Origin: Gammaproteobacteria bacterium
GTDB taxonomy: Bacteria > Pseudomonadota > Gammaproteobacteria > Natronospirales > REEB76
NCBI GenBank assembly: GCA_036500225.1
Contig: DASYCJ010000118.1
Span: 8,784 to 72,783, forward strand
Direction of reading: 5' to 3'
Length of the DNA stretch: 64,000 bases
A model generated the notes under the pieces. That model was not told the origin of the DNA and ran no database searches. It worked only from the letters and a program-made list of their open reading frames with translations. Both the position numbers and the translations under genes were made by a program. Positions 9,883 to 19,764 of this stretch are shown here, piece after piece. Within the stretch, counting starts at the first letter, position 1; every line of letters begins with the position of its first letter.

Positions 9883-10294
9883 ACGGCAGCGCTGGGAAGA
9901 CCCGGAGCTGAACCTGATTTCCCTGGTAGACGTGGTGCTTATGCTCCTAGTCTTCTTCATGATGACTACCCACTTCATCCAGAGCACCAGCGTCAACATA
10001 CAGTTGCCGAGCGCGGGTGCGCCGCCGGTCTATACCCGCAGCGATGGCATCGAGATCACGGTGGATGCAGAGGGCCGGTATTTCATCGATCAGAAGCCGG
10101 TTGCCGGCTCCGATCCCACCAGCCTGCGGGATGCCTTGCTGGCTGCAGCGGGTGGCAAGCGTGACCAACCCATCATCCTCAGAGCCGACGCTCGTTCGAC
10201 TCATCAATCGGTAGTCACGGTGATGGACGTGGCAGGGGCCCTGGGATTCTCACAATTGCAGATCCTCACCACAGAGACCCAGGCCAGCCACTGA
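9863..10294 (+). CDS. exbD: ExbD/TolR biopolymer transport protein
   Basis: 143 aa. ...ELNLISLVDVVLMLLVFFMMT... is followed by a periplasmic domain (PIILRADARSTHQSVVTVMD). It overlaps the exbB end; the start is GTG at 9863 or 9869. Confidence 0.85.
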   Translation: MTVRLRERQRWEDPELNLISLVDVVLMLLVFFMMTTHFIQSTSVNIQLPSAGAPPVYTRSDGIEITVDAEGRYFIDQKPVAGSDPTSLRDALLAAAGGKRDQPIILRADARSTHQSVVTVMDVAGALGFSQLQILTTETQASH

Positions 10295-10295
10295 C

Positions 10296-12041
10296 ATGAG
10301 CGGTACCGACACGACGGTCTTCCAGATCTACAAACGGCTCATGAGCTATGCGCTGCCTCACTGGCCGCGCTACCTGCTGGCTATAGTCGGCATGACAATC
10401 TATGCCTTCACCCAGGCAGCGTTCGCGTCACTCATGAAGCCGCTGCTGGACAAGGGGATCTTGCTGCACGATCCCGCCTCCATACATCGCCTGCCACCAG
10501 AAGTGATTGGCCTGTTTCTGCTGCGTGGCATCGCGGACTTCCTGGCGGCCTATAACATCAGCTGGGTGGGGCGCAGTATCATCAAACGTATGCGTGAGGA
10601 GACTTTCAATCAGCTCCTCAAACTACCGTCGCGTTATTACGATTCCATCTCCTCTGGGATGCTGCTATCTAAGATCACTTACAACATCGAGCAGATCGCC
10701 GATGCTACAACCAACTCGGTGACGGTGCTGGTGCGGGACGGCCTTACCATCGTGGGTCTGGTCGCCGTGATGTTCTACCAGAGTTGGGTGCTGTCGTTGT
10801 TCATTTTGATAGTGATGCCGATCATCGCTTTGCTGGTGCGGTACATCAGCGAACGCTTCCGCCGTTACAGCCGACGCATCCAGGATTCCATGGGAGATGT
10901 CACCAAGGTGGCGGACGAGATCATCACCGGTCAGCGCATAGTCAAGTTATTCGGTGGTCACGAGCATGAGAGTACTCGGTTCGGCCATGTGAACGAGAAG
11001 AACCGTTATCTCAACATGAAGCTGATGCTGGTGAATGCAGGCTCCAGCCCCATCATCCAGTTGATCGCCGGCGCGGGTCTTGCCGGAGTGATATACGTAG
11101 CCCTACGAGGCCAGTCGGTGACGCCCGGCAGCTTCATCTCTTTCCTGGCGGCCATCCTCTTGCTGCTGCCGTCGCTCAAGCATGTCACAGACATCAATGC
11201 GCCGCTGCAGCGTGGCATCGCTGCGGGCCAGAGCATCTTCGATCTGCTGGATGACATGGTGGAAGATGAGGGTGGCAGCTTCACTGTGCCACGAGCTACT
11301 GGCGAACTAGAGTTCCGCGAGGTGACTTTCGCCTACAGCGAAGCCAAAGGTCCTGTGCTGCATGGCATCAGTTTCAAAGCCGCTCCTGGCGAGACCATTG
11401 CCCTGGTGGGCCGCTCAGGCAGTGGTAAATCCACCCTGGTGAGTCTGCTACCGCGGTTCTACGATCCCAGTTCCGGCGTGATCCTCTTGGACGGCCACGA
11501 CCTCCGGGAGTTCAATCTCAGCAATGTGCGTCAGCAAGTAGCTATGGTCAGTCAGGACGTGATGCTGTTCAACGACACTATACGTAACAACATCGCCTAT
11601 GGTTCTTTGGACAAGCGTACCGATGCGGACATCGTGGCTGCCGCCGAAGCCGCCTACGCCATGCCCTTCATCCAGCGCCTGCCACAAGGTCTGGATACCA
11701 TGGTTGGAGACCGGGGCGTGATGCTCTCCGGCGGCGAACGCCAGCGAATCTCCATCGCCCGGGCCCTGCTCAAGAATGCGCCGGTGTTGATATTGGACGA
11801 AGCCACTTCGGCCCTGGACTCGGAATCCGAGCGCCACATCCAGGCAGCCCTGGAGACGCTCATGGTGAATCGCACTGCACTCGTCATAGCCCACCGGCTC
11901 TCCACCGTCGAGCGAGCCGACCGCATCATCGTCATGGATCGCGGCAACATCGTGGAGATGGGCAAGCACGGTGAGCTCATCGCCAAGGACGGCCAGTACG
12001 CGGCGCTGCACCGCTTGCAGTTCCGCGACAGCGACGACTGA
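10296..12041 (+). CDS. msbA: Lipid A export ATP-binding/permease protein MsbA
   Basis: 581-aa ABC exporter with six N-terminal TM helices, [24 protein letters not shown] and LILDEATSALD. It lies immediately upstream of lpxK. Confidence 0.9.
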   Translation: MSGTDTTVFQIYKRLMSYALPHWPRYLLAIVGMTIYAFTQAAFASLMKPLLDKGILLHDPASIHRLPPEVIGLFLLRGIADFLAAYNISWVGRSIIKRMREETFNQLLKLPSRYYDSISSGMLLSKITYNIEQIADATTNSVTVLVRDGLTIVGLVAVMFYQSWVLSLFILIVMPIIALLVRYISERFRRYSRRIQDSMGDVTKVADEIITGQRIVKLFGGHEHESTRFGHVNEKNRYLNMKLMLVNAGSSPIIQLIAGAGLAGVIYVALRGQSVTPGSFISFLAAILLLLPSLKHVTDINAPLQRGIAAGQSIFDLLDDMVEDEGGSFTVPRATGELEFREVTFAYSEAKGPVLHGISFKAAPGETIALVGRSGSGKSTLVSLLPRFYDPSSGVILLDGHDLREFNLSNVRQQVAMVSQDVMLFNDTIRNNIAYGSLDKRTDADIVAAAEAAYAMPFIQRLPQGLDTMVGDRGVMLSGGERQRISIARALLKNAPVLILDEATSALDSESERHIQAALETLMVNRTALVIAHRLSTVERADRIIVMDRGNIVEMGKHGELIAKDGQYAALHRLQFRDSDD

Positions 12042-12044
12042 ACC

Positions 12045-13046
12045 ATGTCCGCCTGGCTGCTGCGCCGCTGGTATTCGCCTCATCCCGTCTGGTTCCTGAT
12101 CCCGTTGGCCTGGGTGTTCTGGCTCATCTCATCTCTCCGACGCCTTGCCTACACGCTCGGTGTCGTGCCCGTTGTGAGCTTGTCGGCAACGGTGATCGTG
12201 GTCGGCAACATCAGCGTAGGCGGTACCGGCAAGACGCCGTTCGTCATCTGGCTGGCCCAGGAACTGCGCAAGCGCGGCCGCCGCCCTGGCATCGTCACCC
12301 GTGGATATGGCGGTGACAGCCGTATCCCCCAGCTGGTGACATCGGACAGCGATGCCAAGGTAGTCGGAGATGAAGCAGTACTGCTGACGCGCTATAGCGA
12401 TTCGCCGGTAGCGGCGGGTCACGATCGGGTCGCTGCGGCGCAACTATTGCTCAAGTCCGGCGCTGTGGATGTCATCCTGAGCGACGATGGTCTGCAACAC
12501 TATCGGATGGCTCGACAGCACGAGATCATATTGATAGACGGCAGCCGTGGTCTCGGCAATGGTTGGTTACTGCCGGCAGGACCGCTTCGGGAGAGCGAAG
12601 TACGCCTCGAAGGGCCTCAGGTGGTCATTAAACTTACTCCCGGCGGTGGTTTCAGCTGGCCCGATGCGGCGCGTATGCGTCTCAAAGTTGACACTGCCGT
12701 GAATCTCAAGGACGGCAAGCGACGCCCCCTGCACAGCTTCTCGACCCAGCGGGTGCATGCCATCGCGGGTATTGGAAATCCCCAGCAATTCTTCGCCACC
12801 CTAGAAGCGGCAGGTCTGCACGTGGATGCCCGGGCACTCTCGGACCATGCGGTCCCTACTGCGGCTGACCTGGAGTTCGGTGACGACTTGCCGGTATTCA
12901 TGACCGAGAAAGACGCCGTAAAATGCACGGGGTCAGCCCTGGCGCGGCACTGGTATCTGGAAGCTGCTGCCGACTTCGATGCAGGCGACGCGACACGGAT
13001 ATTAGACGGCGTGGAACGTGCGCTGGCACGCGACCTCAAGAGGTGA
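12045..13046 (+). CDS. lpxK: Tetraacyldisaccharide 4'-kinase LpxK
   Basis: 333 aa. The P-loop [21 protein letters not shown] and ILSDDGLQH are LpxK hallmarks. Confidence 0.9.
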   Translation: MSAWLLRRWYSPHPVWFLIPLAWVFWLISSLRRLAYTLGVVPVVSLSATVIVVGNISVGGTGKTPFVIWLAQELRKRGRRPGIVTRGYGGDSRIPQLVTSDSDAKVVGDEAVLLTRYSDSPVAAGHDRVAAAQLLLKSGAVDVILSDDGLQHYRMARQHEIILIDGSRGLGNGWLLPAGPLRESEVRLEGPQVVIKLTPGGGFSWPDAARMRLKVDTAVNLKDGKRRPLHSFSTQRVHAIAGIGNPQQFFATLEAAGLHVDARALSDHAVPTAADLEFGDDLPVFMTEKDAVKCTGSALARHWYLEAAADFDAGDATRILDGVERALARDLKR

Positions 13047-13228
13047 ATGTGGATCCCAAGCTGCTCGACATATTGGTCTGCCCCCTTTGTAAGGGTCCAC
13101 TGCTGTATCGCAAGGCGGAGGGTGAACTCATCTGCAAGGCGGACCGGCTGGCCTATCCCATCCGTGACGGCATCCCGGTGATGCTCCAGCCAGAGGCCCG
13201 TCAGATCAAACCCGGCGAGAACATTTAG
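13043..13228 (+). CDS. ycaR: Trm112/YcaR family small zinc-ribbon-like protein (UPF0434)
   Basis: (M)[54 protein letters not shown] is the typical YcaR sequence. The GTG start overlaps the lpxK stop. The lpxK-ycaR-kdsB order is conserved. Confidence 0.8.
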   Translation: MNVDPKLLDILVCPLCKGPLLYRKAEGELICKADRLAYPIRDGIPVMLQPEARQIKPGENI

Positions 13229-13966
13229 ATGCGGTTCACGGTGGTCATCCCGGCTCGTTATGCATCCCAGCGCTTGCCGGGCAAACCCCTGGCGGACATC
13301 AATGGCAGGCCCTTGCTGCTGCATACCTGTGACTGCGCGAAACGCAGCGGTGCGGCGCGGGTGATCGTGGCCACCGATGATGCGCGCATCCAGCAGGCTT
13401 GCGTGAAGGCCGGCATCGAAGTGCAGATGACCGCCGCCAGCCATGCGTCGGGCACCGATCGCATCGCCGAGGTGGCCGAGCGGGTCGGTCTCGATGACCA
13501 GGAACTGGTGGTGAACCTGCAGGGCGATGAGCCAATGATGCCGCCGCTGAATATCGAACAAGTGGCGAGACTGCTCGAGTCCGGTTCCGACATGAGCACC
13601 CTCTGCACGCCCATCCACGATCATGCGGAGTTCATGAATCCGAACGTGGTTAAAGTGGTGGCGGACACGCGGGGCAGGGCGCTCTACTTCAGCCGTGCCC
13701 CCATCCCCTGGAACCGCGACGAGGCGACCACCGGCCTGCACGAAGCCCTGCGCCATATCGGTATCTATGGCTATCGCGTGGGCGCGCTGAAGCGTCTCTC
13801 TGCCACACCGCCATGCGAGCTGGAACAGGTGGAGAAGCTGGAACAGCTGCGGGCTCTATGGCTCGGCATGAGCATCGCCATGGACGTGGCCCGGAAAGTG
13901 CCGGGGCCCAGCGTGGACACGCCCGAAGACTTGCAGCGTGTCGCCGCGCTCATGCGGGGCCACTGA
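13229..13966 (+). CDS. kdsB: 3-deoxy-manno-octulosonate cytidylyltransferase (CMP-KDO synthetase)
   Basis: 245 aa. MRFTVVIPARYASQRLPGKPLADINGRPLL, ...VNLQGDEPMMPP... and ...GIYGYR.... Confidence 0.9.
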   Translation: MRFTVVIPARYASQRLPGKPLADINGRPLLLHTCDCAKRSGAARVIVATDDARIQQACVKAGIEVQMTAASHASGTDRIAEVAERVGLDDQELVVNLQGDEPMMPPLNIEQVARLLESGSDMSTLCTPIHDHAEFMNPNVVKVVADTRGRALYFSRAPIPWNRDEATTGLHEALRHIGIYGYRVGALKRLSATPPCELEQVEKLEQLRALWLGMSIAMDVARKVPGPSVDTPEDLQRVAALMRGH

Positions 13967-13968
13967 CC

Positions 13969-14454
13969 GTGGCCAAACCCATCAAGGTGCTGTTCGTCTG
14001 TATGGGCAACATCTGCCGTTCACCTTCCGCTGAGGGCATGTTCCGCAAATTGCATAAGGAACTGGCTCCTGAATTGGATATCTATGCAGATTCCGCCGGC
14101 ACCCATGCCTATCACGTGGGCGAACCGCCGGATCCGCGTTCTTATGCGGCAGCCATGGATCGGGATGTCGATATCAGCAGCCATCGCGGTCGCCAAGCCA
14201 CGTTCCAGGACTTCCATGACTTCGATTACGTGATCGCCATGGACAGCGACAACCTGCGTCGCCTTCAGGCCCTGCGGCCCAAGGACTCCCGCGCCCAGTT
14301 GCGGCTGTTACTGGAATACGCACCCAAGGCTGGGTTGCTGGACGTGCCGGACCCCTATTACGGCGGTGCCGGCGGCTTCGAGCGGGTGCTGAATCTGGTG
14401 GAGCAGGGTAGTCGCGGATTGTTGGAAGACATCCGCAAGCATCACAAGCTCTGA
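13969..14454 (+). CDS. Low-molecular-weight protein-tyrosine phosphatase
   Basis: Active-site loop VLFVCMGNICRSPSAEG (CX5R-S) and the downstream DPYYG motif. The GTG start at 13969 lies 2 nt after the kdsB stop; the longest ORF (13813) would overlap kdsB. Confidence 0.85.
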   Translation: MAKPIKVLFVCMGNICRSPSAEGMFRKLHKELAPELDIYADSAGTHAYHVGEPPDPRSYAAAMDRDVDISSHRGRQATFQDFHDFDYVIAMDSDNLRRLQALRPKDSRAQLRLLLEYAPKAGLLDVPDPYYGGAGGFERVLNLVEQGSRGLLEDIRKHHKL

Positions 14455-14485
14455 AAAAAGAACGCCCGGGTTTCCCCAGGCGTCC
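14454..14485 (-). terminator. Rho-independent terminator of rne
   Basis: On the minus strand, GGACGCCTGGGGAAACCCGGGCGTT forms a hairpin with one mismatch, followed by CTTTTTTC. It lies in the convergent ptp/rne gap. Confidence 0.5.
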
Positions 14486-14512
14486 CATCCATCATCTGCT
14501 ATCAGCCGAGCA

Positions 14513-17134
14513 TCACTCGTGATGTTCGCCCGATGGCGTATCGTTACCACCGCCCGTGTTGTCTTGGTTCTCCGTCGGCTCGTGCCGCGGGATTGCATCC
14601 GGGATCCGGTAGGGGTTTGGCATGGTGCGATCATCATGCTCCGCCGCGCTCACGGGTTCGTGATAGGCCTCGCGCTCCGCGGGAGCCGGAGCGGCGGAGT
14701 GGGCGTGATCATGCCCGCCGTGGTCGTGTCCATGGTCATCACCACCTTCATGATCGTCATGGTGATGCTCACCTGGGGGCGCCACGTTACCGCGGTTGTC
14801 GTCCGCCGAATCGAAATTACCTTGGGTGCCGGCAGCATTGGGCTGCCCGCCATTTTCGCCACGCTCCTCGAAGCGACGGCGGCGGCCACCGCGACGTCCG
14901 CGACGTCGGCCACGGCGTGCGCCGCCTTCAGCATGGCGATCGCCGCCCGGCTGGCCGGGTTGGGCCGGACCGTTCTGCTGCAGGGCGATCTGCTCGTGCA
15001 GGGCCTGCTCGCTCACGGTCTGTGATTCAGTGGCTGCCACAGCGGGAGCGGGCATCGGGGGTGCTGCTACGGGCGGAGCCTCACTACGGGGCGGCTGGGT
15101 CTGCTGCTGCGGACGGCGTTCCTGACGCTCACCACGATCGCCGCGAGGGCCACGGTCGTTGCGGTCACGGCGCTGCCCGTCATTACGGTCCGGGCCACGG
15201 GACTGCTGGTTACGGTCACGCTCACCGCGTTCGTCGCGGCGCGGCTGCTGGCTGCCGTTAGCGGCCGAAGCCTGACGCTGGGAACCACCGCGATCGCCAC
15301 GGTCCTCACGCTCGCCACGCGGGCGGTTACGGTCGCCACGATCACGGTTACGGCCGCGATCCCGGTCGTTGCGGTCACGGCGACCGAACTCTTGGCGCGG
15401 ACCACGGTGCTCGCGGGGGGCACGTTCGGTGGAGGGGCGTTTCTTCTCGCCGGTACCGAACAGTGAGTTCCACACGCGCACGAACAAACCCGGCTTGGGT
15501 TCGGTCTCGGAGGCGAACACCGGGGCCGGCGTGGAGGGGTTGATGCCCTTCACGGCGGGAGCCTCGGGGGCTTCCTTGGCACGCTCGGAACTCGGCAGTG
15601 GCGCCGGTTCCGGTGCCGTCACCATCTTGTAGCTGGTGTTGGTGACACCGGGCTGGCGGATCTCATCGTCCCGCAGCCTTTGGATGTCGTACTTCGGCAT
15701 GTCGAGATGTGGGTTCGGCACCAGCACCACGGTCACTTCGCAGCGCTTCTCGATCTCGGAGATGATCGAGCGCTTCTCGTTCAGCAGGAAGGTCGCCACG
15801 CTCACGGGCAGCTTGGCCACCACGCGCGAGGTTCGCTCCTTCATGGCCTCTTCTTCGATGAGCCGCAGTATCGAGAGGGACAGGGATTCGATGCCGCGGA
15901 TGTGGCCTTCGCCCTCGCACTGGGGACAGAGCACCTGGGTGGATTCACCAAGTGACGGCCGCAGGCGCTGACGGGACATCTCCAGCAGGCCGAAGCGGGA
16001 GAGCTTGCCCACCTGCACGCGGGCCCGGTCCATCTCCAGGGCCGAGCGCAGACGGTCTTCCACGTCCCGCTGGTTCTTTGGCGGGCCCATGTCGATGAAG
16101 TCGATGACGATGAGGCCACCCAAGTCACGCAAGCGGAGCTGGCGGGCTACCTCGTCGGCGGCCTCCAGGTTGGTCCGCAGGGCGGTCTCCTCGATATCGC
16201 TGCCCTTGGTGGCACGCGCCGAGTTCACGTCGATGGCCACCAGGGCCTCGGTGTGGTCGATGACCAGCGCACCGCCAGAGGGCAGGCGCACGTGGCGGCC
16301 GAAGGCGGCCTCGATCTGGCTCTCGATCTGGAAGCGGGTGAACAGCGGCACCCGTTCGTCGTAACGCTTGAGTTTGCTGATGCTCTGGGGCATGACCTTC
16401 TGCATGAAGATCTGGGCCTCGGCGAACATCTTGTCGTCGTCCACCAGGATCTCACCGATGTCGGCACGCAAGTAATCGCGCAGGGCGCGGATCACCACGT
16501 TGCCTTCCTGGTAAATCAGGAAAGGAGCAGCACGCTCATGGGAGGCCTTGTCGATGGCATCCCAGGTCTGCATCAGGTAATCCAAGTCCCACTGCAGTTC
16601 TTCGGGGCTGCGGCCCACGCCGGCAGTGCGGATGATGACGCCCATGCCATCCGGTATCTGCAGCGAAGCCATGGCCTCACGCAGTTCCTCGCGGTCATCG
16701 CCCTCGACGCGGCGCGACACGCCACCGGCCCGGGGGTTATTGGGCATCAGCACCATGAAGCGGCCGGCCAGGCTGACGAAGGTGGTGAGGGCGGCACCTT
16801 TGTTGCCGCGCTCCTCCTTGTCCACCTGCACCATCACTTCCTGGCCTTCCTGCAACAACTCACGGATGTTGAGGCGGCCGGACGTGTCGGCGCCCTGACG
16901 GAAGTAGCTGCGGGAGATCTCTTTCAGGGGCAGGAAGCCGTGGCGTTCGGAACCGTAGTCCACGAAGCAGGCTTCCAGGCTGGGCTCGACTCGGGTGATC
17001 CGGCCTTTGTAGACGTTGGCCTTCTTCTGTTCCTTGGAGAGCACCTCGAGATCGAGGTCATACAGGCGCTGGCCATCCACCATGGCCACGCGCAGCTCTT
17101 CAGGCTGGGTCGCGTTGATCAATATACGTTTCAT
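14513..17134 (-). CDS. rne: Ribonuclease E
   Basis: MKRILINATQPEELRVAMVDGQRLYDLDLE..., an S1 domain, the catalytic region (...ALVAIDVNSARATKG...) and the Zn-link CPQCEGEGHIRG. A long Arg/Asp/Pro-rich scaffold tail follows. The start is set at MKRIL (17134); the longest ORF begins at 17179. Confidence 0.9.
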   Translation of the reverse strand: MKRILINATQPEELRVAMVDGQRLYDLDLEVLSKEQKKANVYKGRITRVEPSLEACFVDYGSERHGFLPLKEISRSYFRQGADTSGRLNIRELLQEGQEVMVQVDKEERGNKGAALTTFVSLAGRFMVLMPNNPRAGGVSRRVEGDDREELREAMASLQIPDGMGVIIRTAGVGRSPEELQWDLDYLMQTWDAIDKASHERAAPFLIYQEGNVVIRALRDYLRADIGEILVDDDKMFAEAQIFMQKVMPQSISKLKRYDERVPLFTRFQIESQIEAAFGRHVRLPSGGALVIDHTEALVAIDVNSARATKGSDIEETALRTNLEAADEVARQLRLRDLGGLIVIDFIDMGPPKNQRDVEDRLRSALEMDRARVQVGKLSRFGLLEMSRQRLRPSLGESTQVLCPQCEGEGHIRGIESLSLSILRLIEEEAMKERTSRVVAKLPVSVATFLLNEKRSIISEIEKRCEVTVVLVPNPHLDMPKYDIQRLRDDEIRQPGVTNTSYKMVTAPEPAPLPSSERAKEAPEAPAVKGINPSTPAPVFASETEPKPGLFVRVWNSLFGTGEKKRPSTERAPREHRGPRQEFGRRDRNDRDRGRNRDRGDRNRPRGEREDRGDRGGSQRQASAANGSQQPRRDERGERDRNQQSRGPDRNDGQRRDRNDRGPRGDRGERQERRPQQQTQPPRSEAPPVAAPPMPAPAVAATESQTVSEQALHEQIALQQNGPAQPGQPGGDRHAEGGARRGRRRGRRGGRRRRFEERGENGGQPNAAGTQGNFDSADDNRGNVAPPGEHHHDDHEGGDDHGHDHGGHDHAHSAAPAPAEREAYHEPVSAAEHDDRTMPNPYRIPDAIPRHEPTENQDNTGGGNDTPSGEHHE

Positions 17135-17564
17135 CGGAACATCTCGCTCAGCGCTGCACCGTGGGCTGCACGAGATCACTGAAGGCCGGACGGCCGGAGG
17201 CAGGATTCTTCTGTCTTATCTGGGCGCCGCGCCGGCTTAGGGCAGGCGGCAGCCGGAAAAAAATCCAAACCTGGGGCGGAATCGGCGCATCGTGACCATG
17301 CGAGGCATGGGAGCGCGGTCCTTAACGGCGCTCTGGCCCGTTCCAAGGGGCTGGCGTCGTCGCTTTAAACGGGGCCGCTGGATAACACAGGGCAGACCCC
17401 ACCAATTCGCACAGAGGAGTTGTAAGACATCCTCTCGCTGGGCTTATGCTGCAAGCTGAGGCCCGGAGGCGTCTGCAGCGCACGACATATAACCTGTCCG
17501 GTACTATAGCAGCCATTTCACGGCCGTTCAATGCCGTATCACTTTCATTTTCAGGAGCTTAGGC
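17135..17564 (-). promoter_or_regulatory. Long untranslated leader/promoter region of rne (candidate autoregulatory 5' UTR)
   Basis: A 430-bp non-coding gap separates the divergent rne and rluC genes. Only short, poor ORFs are present, along with several GC-rich inverted repeats. The position is equivalent to the structured rne 5' UTR known in enterobacteria. I have not aligned the structure. Confidence 0.4.
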
Positions 17565-18518
17565 GTGATTGCTGAAGGTCCCAAGGTCCGTATGCTCACG
17601 GCGGGAGAAGAAGACTCGGGCCAGCGGCTCGATAACTTCCTATTCCGGACCTTGAAAGGCGTGCCCAAGAGTCATGTCTACAGGCTGCTACGCACCGGCC
17701 AGGTGCGGGTCAACAAGAAGCGCGTCAAACCCGATTACCGGCTGGAAGCGGGCGATGAACTGCGCCTGCCCCCAGTGCGACAGGAAGAGAAAGGTGCCCC
17801 TGGTAAGCCACCCCATTGGCAGCAGGAGGCCATGCAGGGCGGCATCCTGTTCGAGGATGAACGCATCCTGGTGGTGAACAAACCCGCCGGCATGGCCGTG
17901 CATGGGGGCAGCGGGGTCAGTTTCGGGGTCATCGAGACCCTCCGGGTCCTGCGACCTGAATCCCCAGGCCTGGAATTAGCTCACCGCCTTGATCGGGATA
18001 CGAGCGGCTGCCTGATCGTGGCCAAACGCCGTAGCGCGGTGCGGACCCTGCATGCCGCCTTCCGCGACGGTTCCGTAGAGAAACACTATCTGGCGCTGCT
18101 AGCACACCCCTGGGAAGGTGGAGCCCGGGAAGTGGACGCCCCTTTGGAAAAGAACCAGCTGGAAGGGGGCGAGCGCATCGTGAAAGTGAGCCGGGAGGGC
18201 AAAGAGGCCAAGAGCCTGTTCACACCCCTGCAGCGCTTCACGGATTCGGCCCTGGCGGATGTTCACATCTTCACGGGCCGCACCCACCAGATTCGGGTGC
18301 ACGCCTCCTACATCGGCCACCCCGTAGGAGGGGACGACAAGTACGGAGACCGAGAGGCCAATAAGGCCTTAAGGGCCTCAGGCCTCAAACGCATGTTCCT
18401 GCATGCCCACCGGCTGAGTTTCCCCCATCCGGAGACCGGCGAACGCCTGAGCCTTATGGCTCCCCTGGACGATGAATTGCAGGCAGTGGTTAGGGATCTA
18501 GGCGGTAAGACCGTCTAA
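17565..18518 (+). CDS. rluC: 23S rRNA pseudouridine synthase, RluC/RluA family
   Basis: 317 aa with an S4 domain (RLDNFLFRTLKGVPKSHVYRLLRTGQVRVN), HRLDRDTSGCLIVAK and TGRTHQIRVH. It is divergent from rne, as in E. coli and Pseudomonas. Confidence 0.85.
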   Translation: MIAEGPKVRMLTAGEEDSGQRLDNFLFRTLKGVPKSHVYRLLRTGQVRVNKKRVKPDYRLEAGDELRLPPVRQEEKGAPGKPPHWQQEAMQGGILFEDERILVVNKPAGMAVHGGSGVSFGVIETLRVLRPESPGLELAHRLDRDTSGCLIVAKRRSAVRTLHAAFRDGSVEKHYLALLAHPWEGGAREVDAPLEKNQLEGGERIVKVSREGKEAKSLFTPLQRFTDSALADVHIFTGRTHQIRVHASYIGHPVGGDDKYGDREANKALRASGLKRMFLHAHRLSFPHPETGERLSLMAPLDDELQAVVRDLGGKTV

Positions 18519-19099
18519 GGCAGTTCGACGCCGGCAGCCCTGAGGAAGCGGCAGAGGGCGATCAAGGGCAGGCCGATGAGCGCCGACGGGTCATTCGATT
18601 CGATGCCCTCGAAGAGGCTTATGCCCAGACCTTCCGATTTGAAGCTACCCGCACAGTCGTAGGGCTTCTCCGCCTGCAGATAGCGCTCGATCTCTCCATC
18701 CATGAGGCGGCGGAAGGCGACGCGGGTCACATCCGTGTACTCCTGAAGGCGGCCATCCCGGGTATCGATCACACAAAGCCCCGTGTGGAACTTCATGTAC
18801 TTGCCGGAGGCGGCTTTGAGCTGGGTGAGGGAGGTGGCGTGGTCTCCGGGTTTGCCCAGGATCTCGCCGTCCCGTTCCGCCGCCTGGTCGGAGCCGATAA
18901 TGAGGGCACCAGGATGCTTCGCTGCCACGGCTTCCGCCTTGGCCCGGGATAGACGCCTCACCAGGGTTTCCACCGGCTCGCGGAACCTGCGGGTCTCATC
19001 CACCCCGGGCGCCACGGCGGTGAAAGGCAGGCCCAGCCTCTCCAGCAGCAGATGCCGGTGCGAAGAGGTGGAGGCGAGGATCAAGCTGGGGCTAGGCAT
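18515..19099 (-). CDS. maf: Maf-like nucleoside triphosphate pyrophosphatase (YceF type)
   Basis: 194 aa. LILASTSSHRHLLLERLGLPF..., ...IIGSDQ... and ...AGSFKSEGLGISLFE.... Confidence 0.85.
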   Translation of the reverse strand: MPSPSLILASTSSHRHLLLERLGLPFTAVAPGVDETRRFREPVETLVRRLSRAKAEAVAAKHPGALIIGSDQAAERDGEILGKPGDHATSLTQLKAASGKYMKFHTGLCVIDTRDGRLQEYTDVTRVAFRRLMDGEIERYLQAEKPYDCAGSFKSEGLGISLFEGIESNDPSALIGLPLIALCRFLRAAGVELP

Positions 19100-19230
19100 G
19101 GCGGATCCGGTTTTCAGAGGCGCATAAGCATGGCTGGATGCCCGTCAGGGCACAAGACACTGTAAAAACAAGGGCTTGGGTGAAGAATTACTTTGACACC
19201 CGAAGCACCAAAAAGTATGATTACGCGCTT

Positions 19231-19749
19231 ATGTCAGGCGCTCTGCCGCCCTCCCTGGATCTCGCCCGCGCTGCCCGTCAGACCTACGGTCTGGAAGGAC
19301 GCCTGCCGGTGAAATCCTTGCCGCGCCTGGTGGCGGCACTCGCATCCGATGCGGGTGAGGTGCAGGTGGAGTTGGAGGCCGGGTTGGATCCCGCGCGGCG
19401 CGTGCTGGTCACGGGTCGCATCGATGCGGAACTTGAGCTCCAGTGCCAGCGCTGCCTGGAGCCGGTGAAGCTCAAGGTCCATGCGGAGCCGAACCTGGCA
19501 TGGGTGAAGACGGACGAACAGCTCGCCGCCTTGCCCGATGAATATGAGCCGCTGCTCTCCACCGATGGACACGTCGAGTTGAGGGACTTGCTGGCGGATG
19601 AATTGCTGCTGGCGTTGCCGCTCGTGCCCCGGCATGAAGGCGACGCCGCATGTGGAGGCTTCATGGGATCCGCGGAGAAGAACGCGGAGCCCGCTGAAGT
19701 CAGGAAGAACCCGTTTGCAGAACTGGCCAAGTTGAAACGCGGCCGGTGA
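19231..19749 (+). CDS. yceD: YceD (DUF177) 23S rRNA accumulation protein
   Basis: ...LELQCQRCLEPV... and ...LADELLLALPLVPRH... plus the acidic tail ...NPFAELAKLK. It lies directly upstream of rpmF. The start is set at an internal Met (19231); the longest ORF begins at 19138. Confidence 0.8.
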   Translation: MSGALPPSLDLARAARQTYGLEGRLPVKSLPRLVAALASDAGEVQVELEAGLDPARRVLVTGRIDAELELQCQRCLEPVKLKVHAEPNLAWVKTDEQLAALPDEYEPLLSTDGHVELRDLLADELLLALPLVPRHEGDAACGGFMGSAEKNAEPAEVRKNPFAELAKLKRGR

Positions 19750-19764
19750 ATCAGGAGTAGAAAA

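Noticed and set aside
12617-13756. A 379-aa minus-strand ORF spanning lpxK, ycaR and kdsB
   Set aside because: It crosses three well-supported plus-strand genes, has a low-complexity R/A/G/H composition, and has no start context. It is a shadow ORF.
14519-15632. Several plus-strand ORFs (168-242 aa) with Arg/Gly/His-rich repeats inside the rne tail region
   Set aside because: They mirror the repetitive Arg/Asp/Pro-rich coding sequence of the RNase E scaffold on the other strand. They are not independent genes and not a DNA repeat element.
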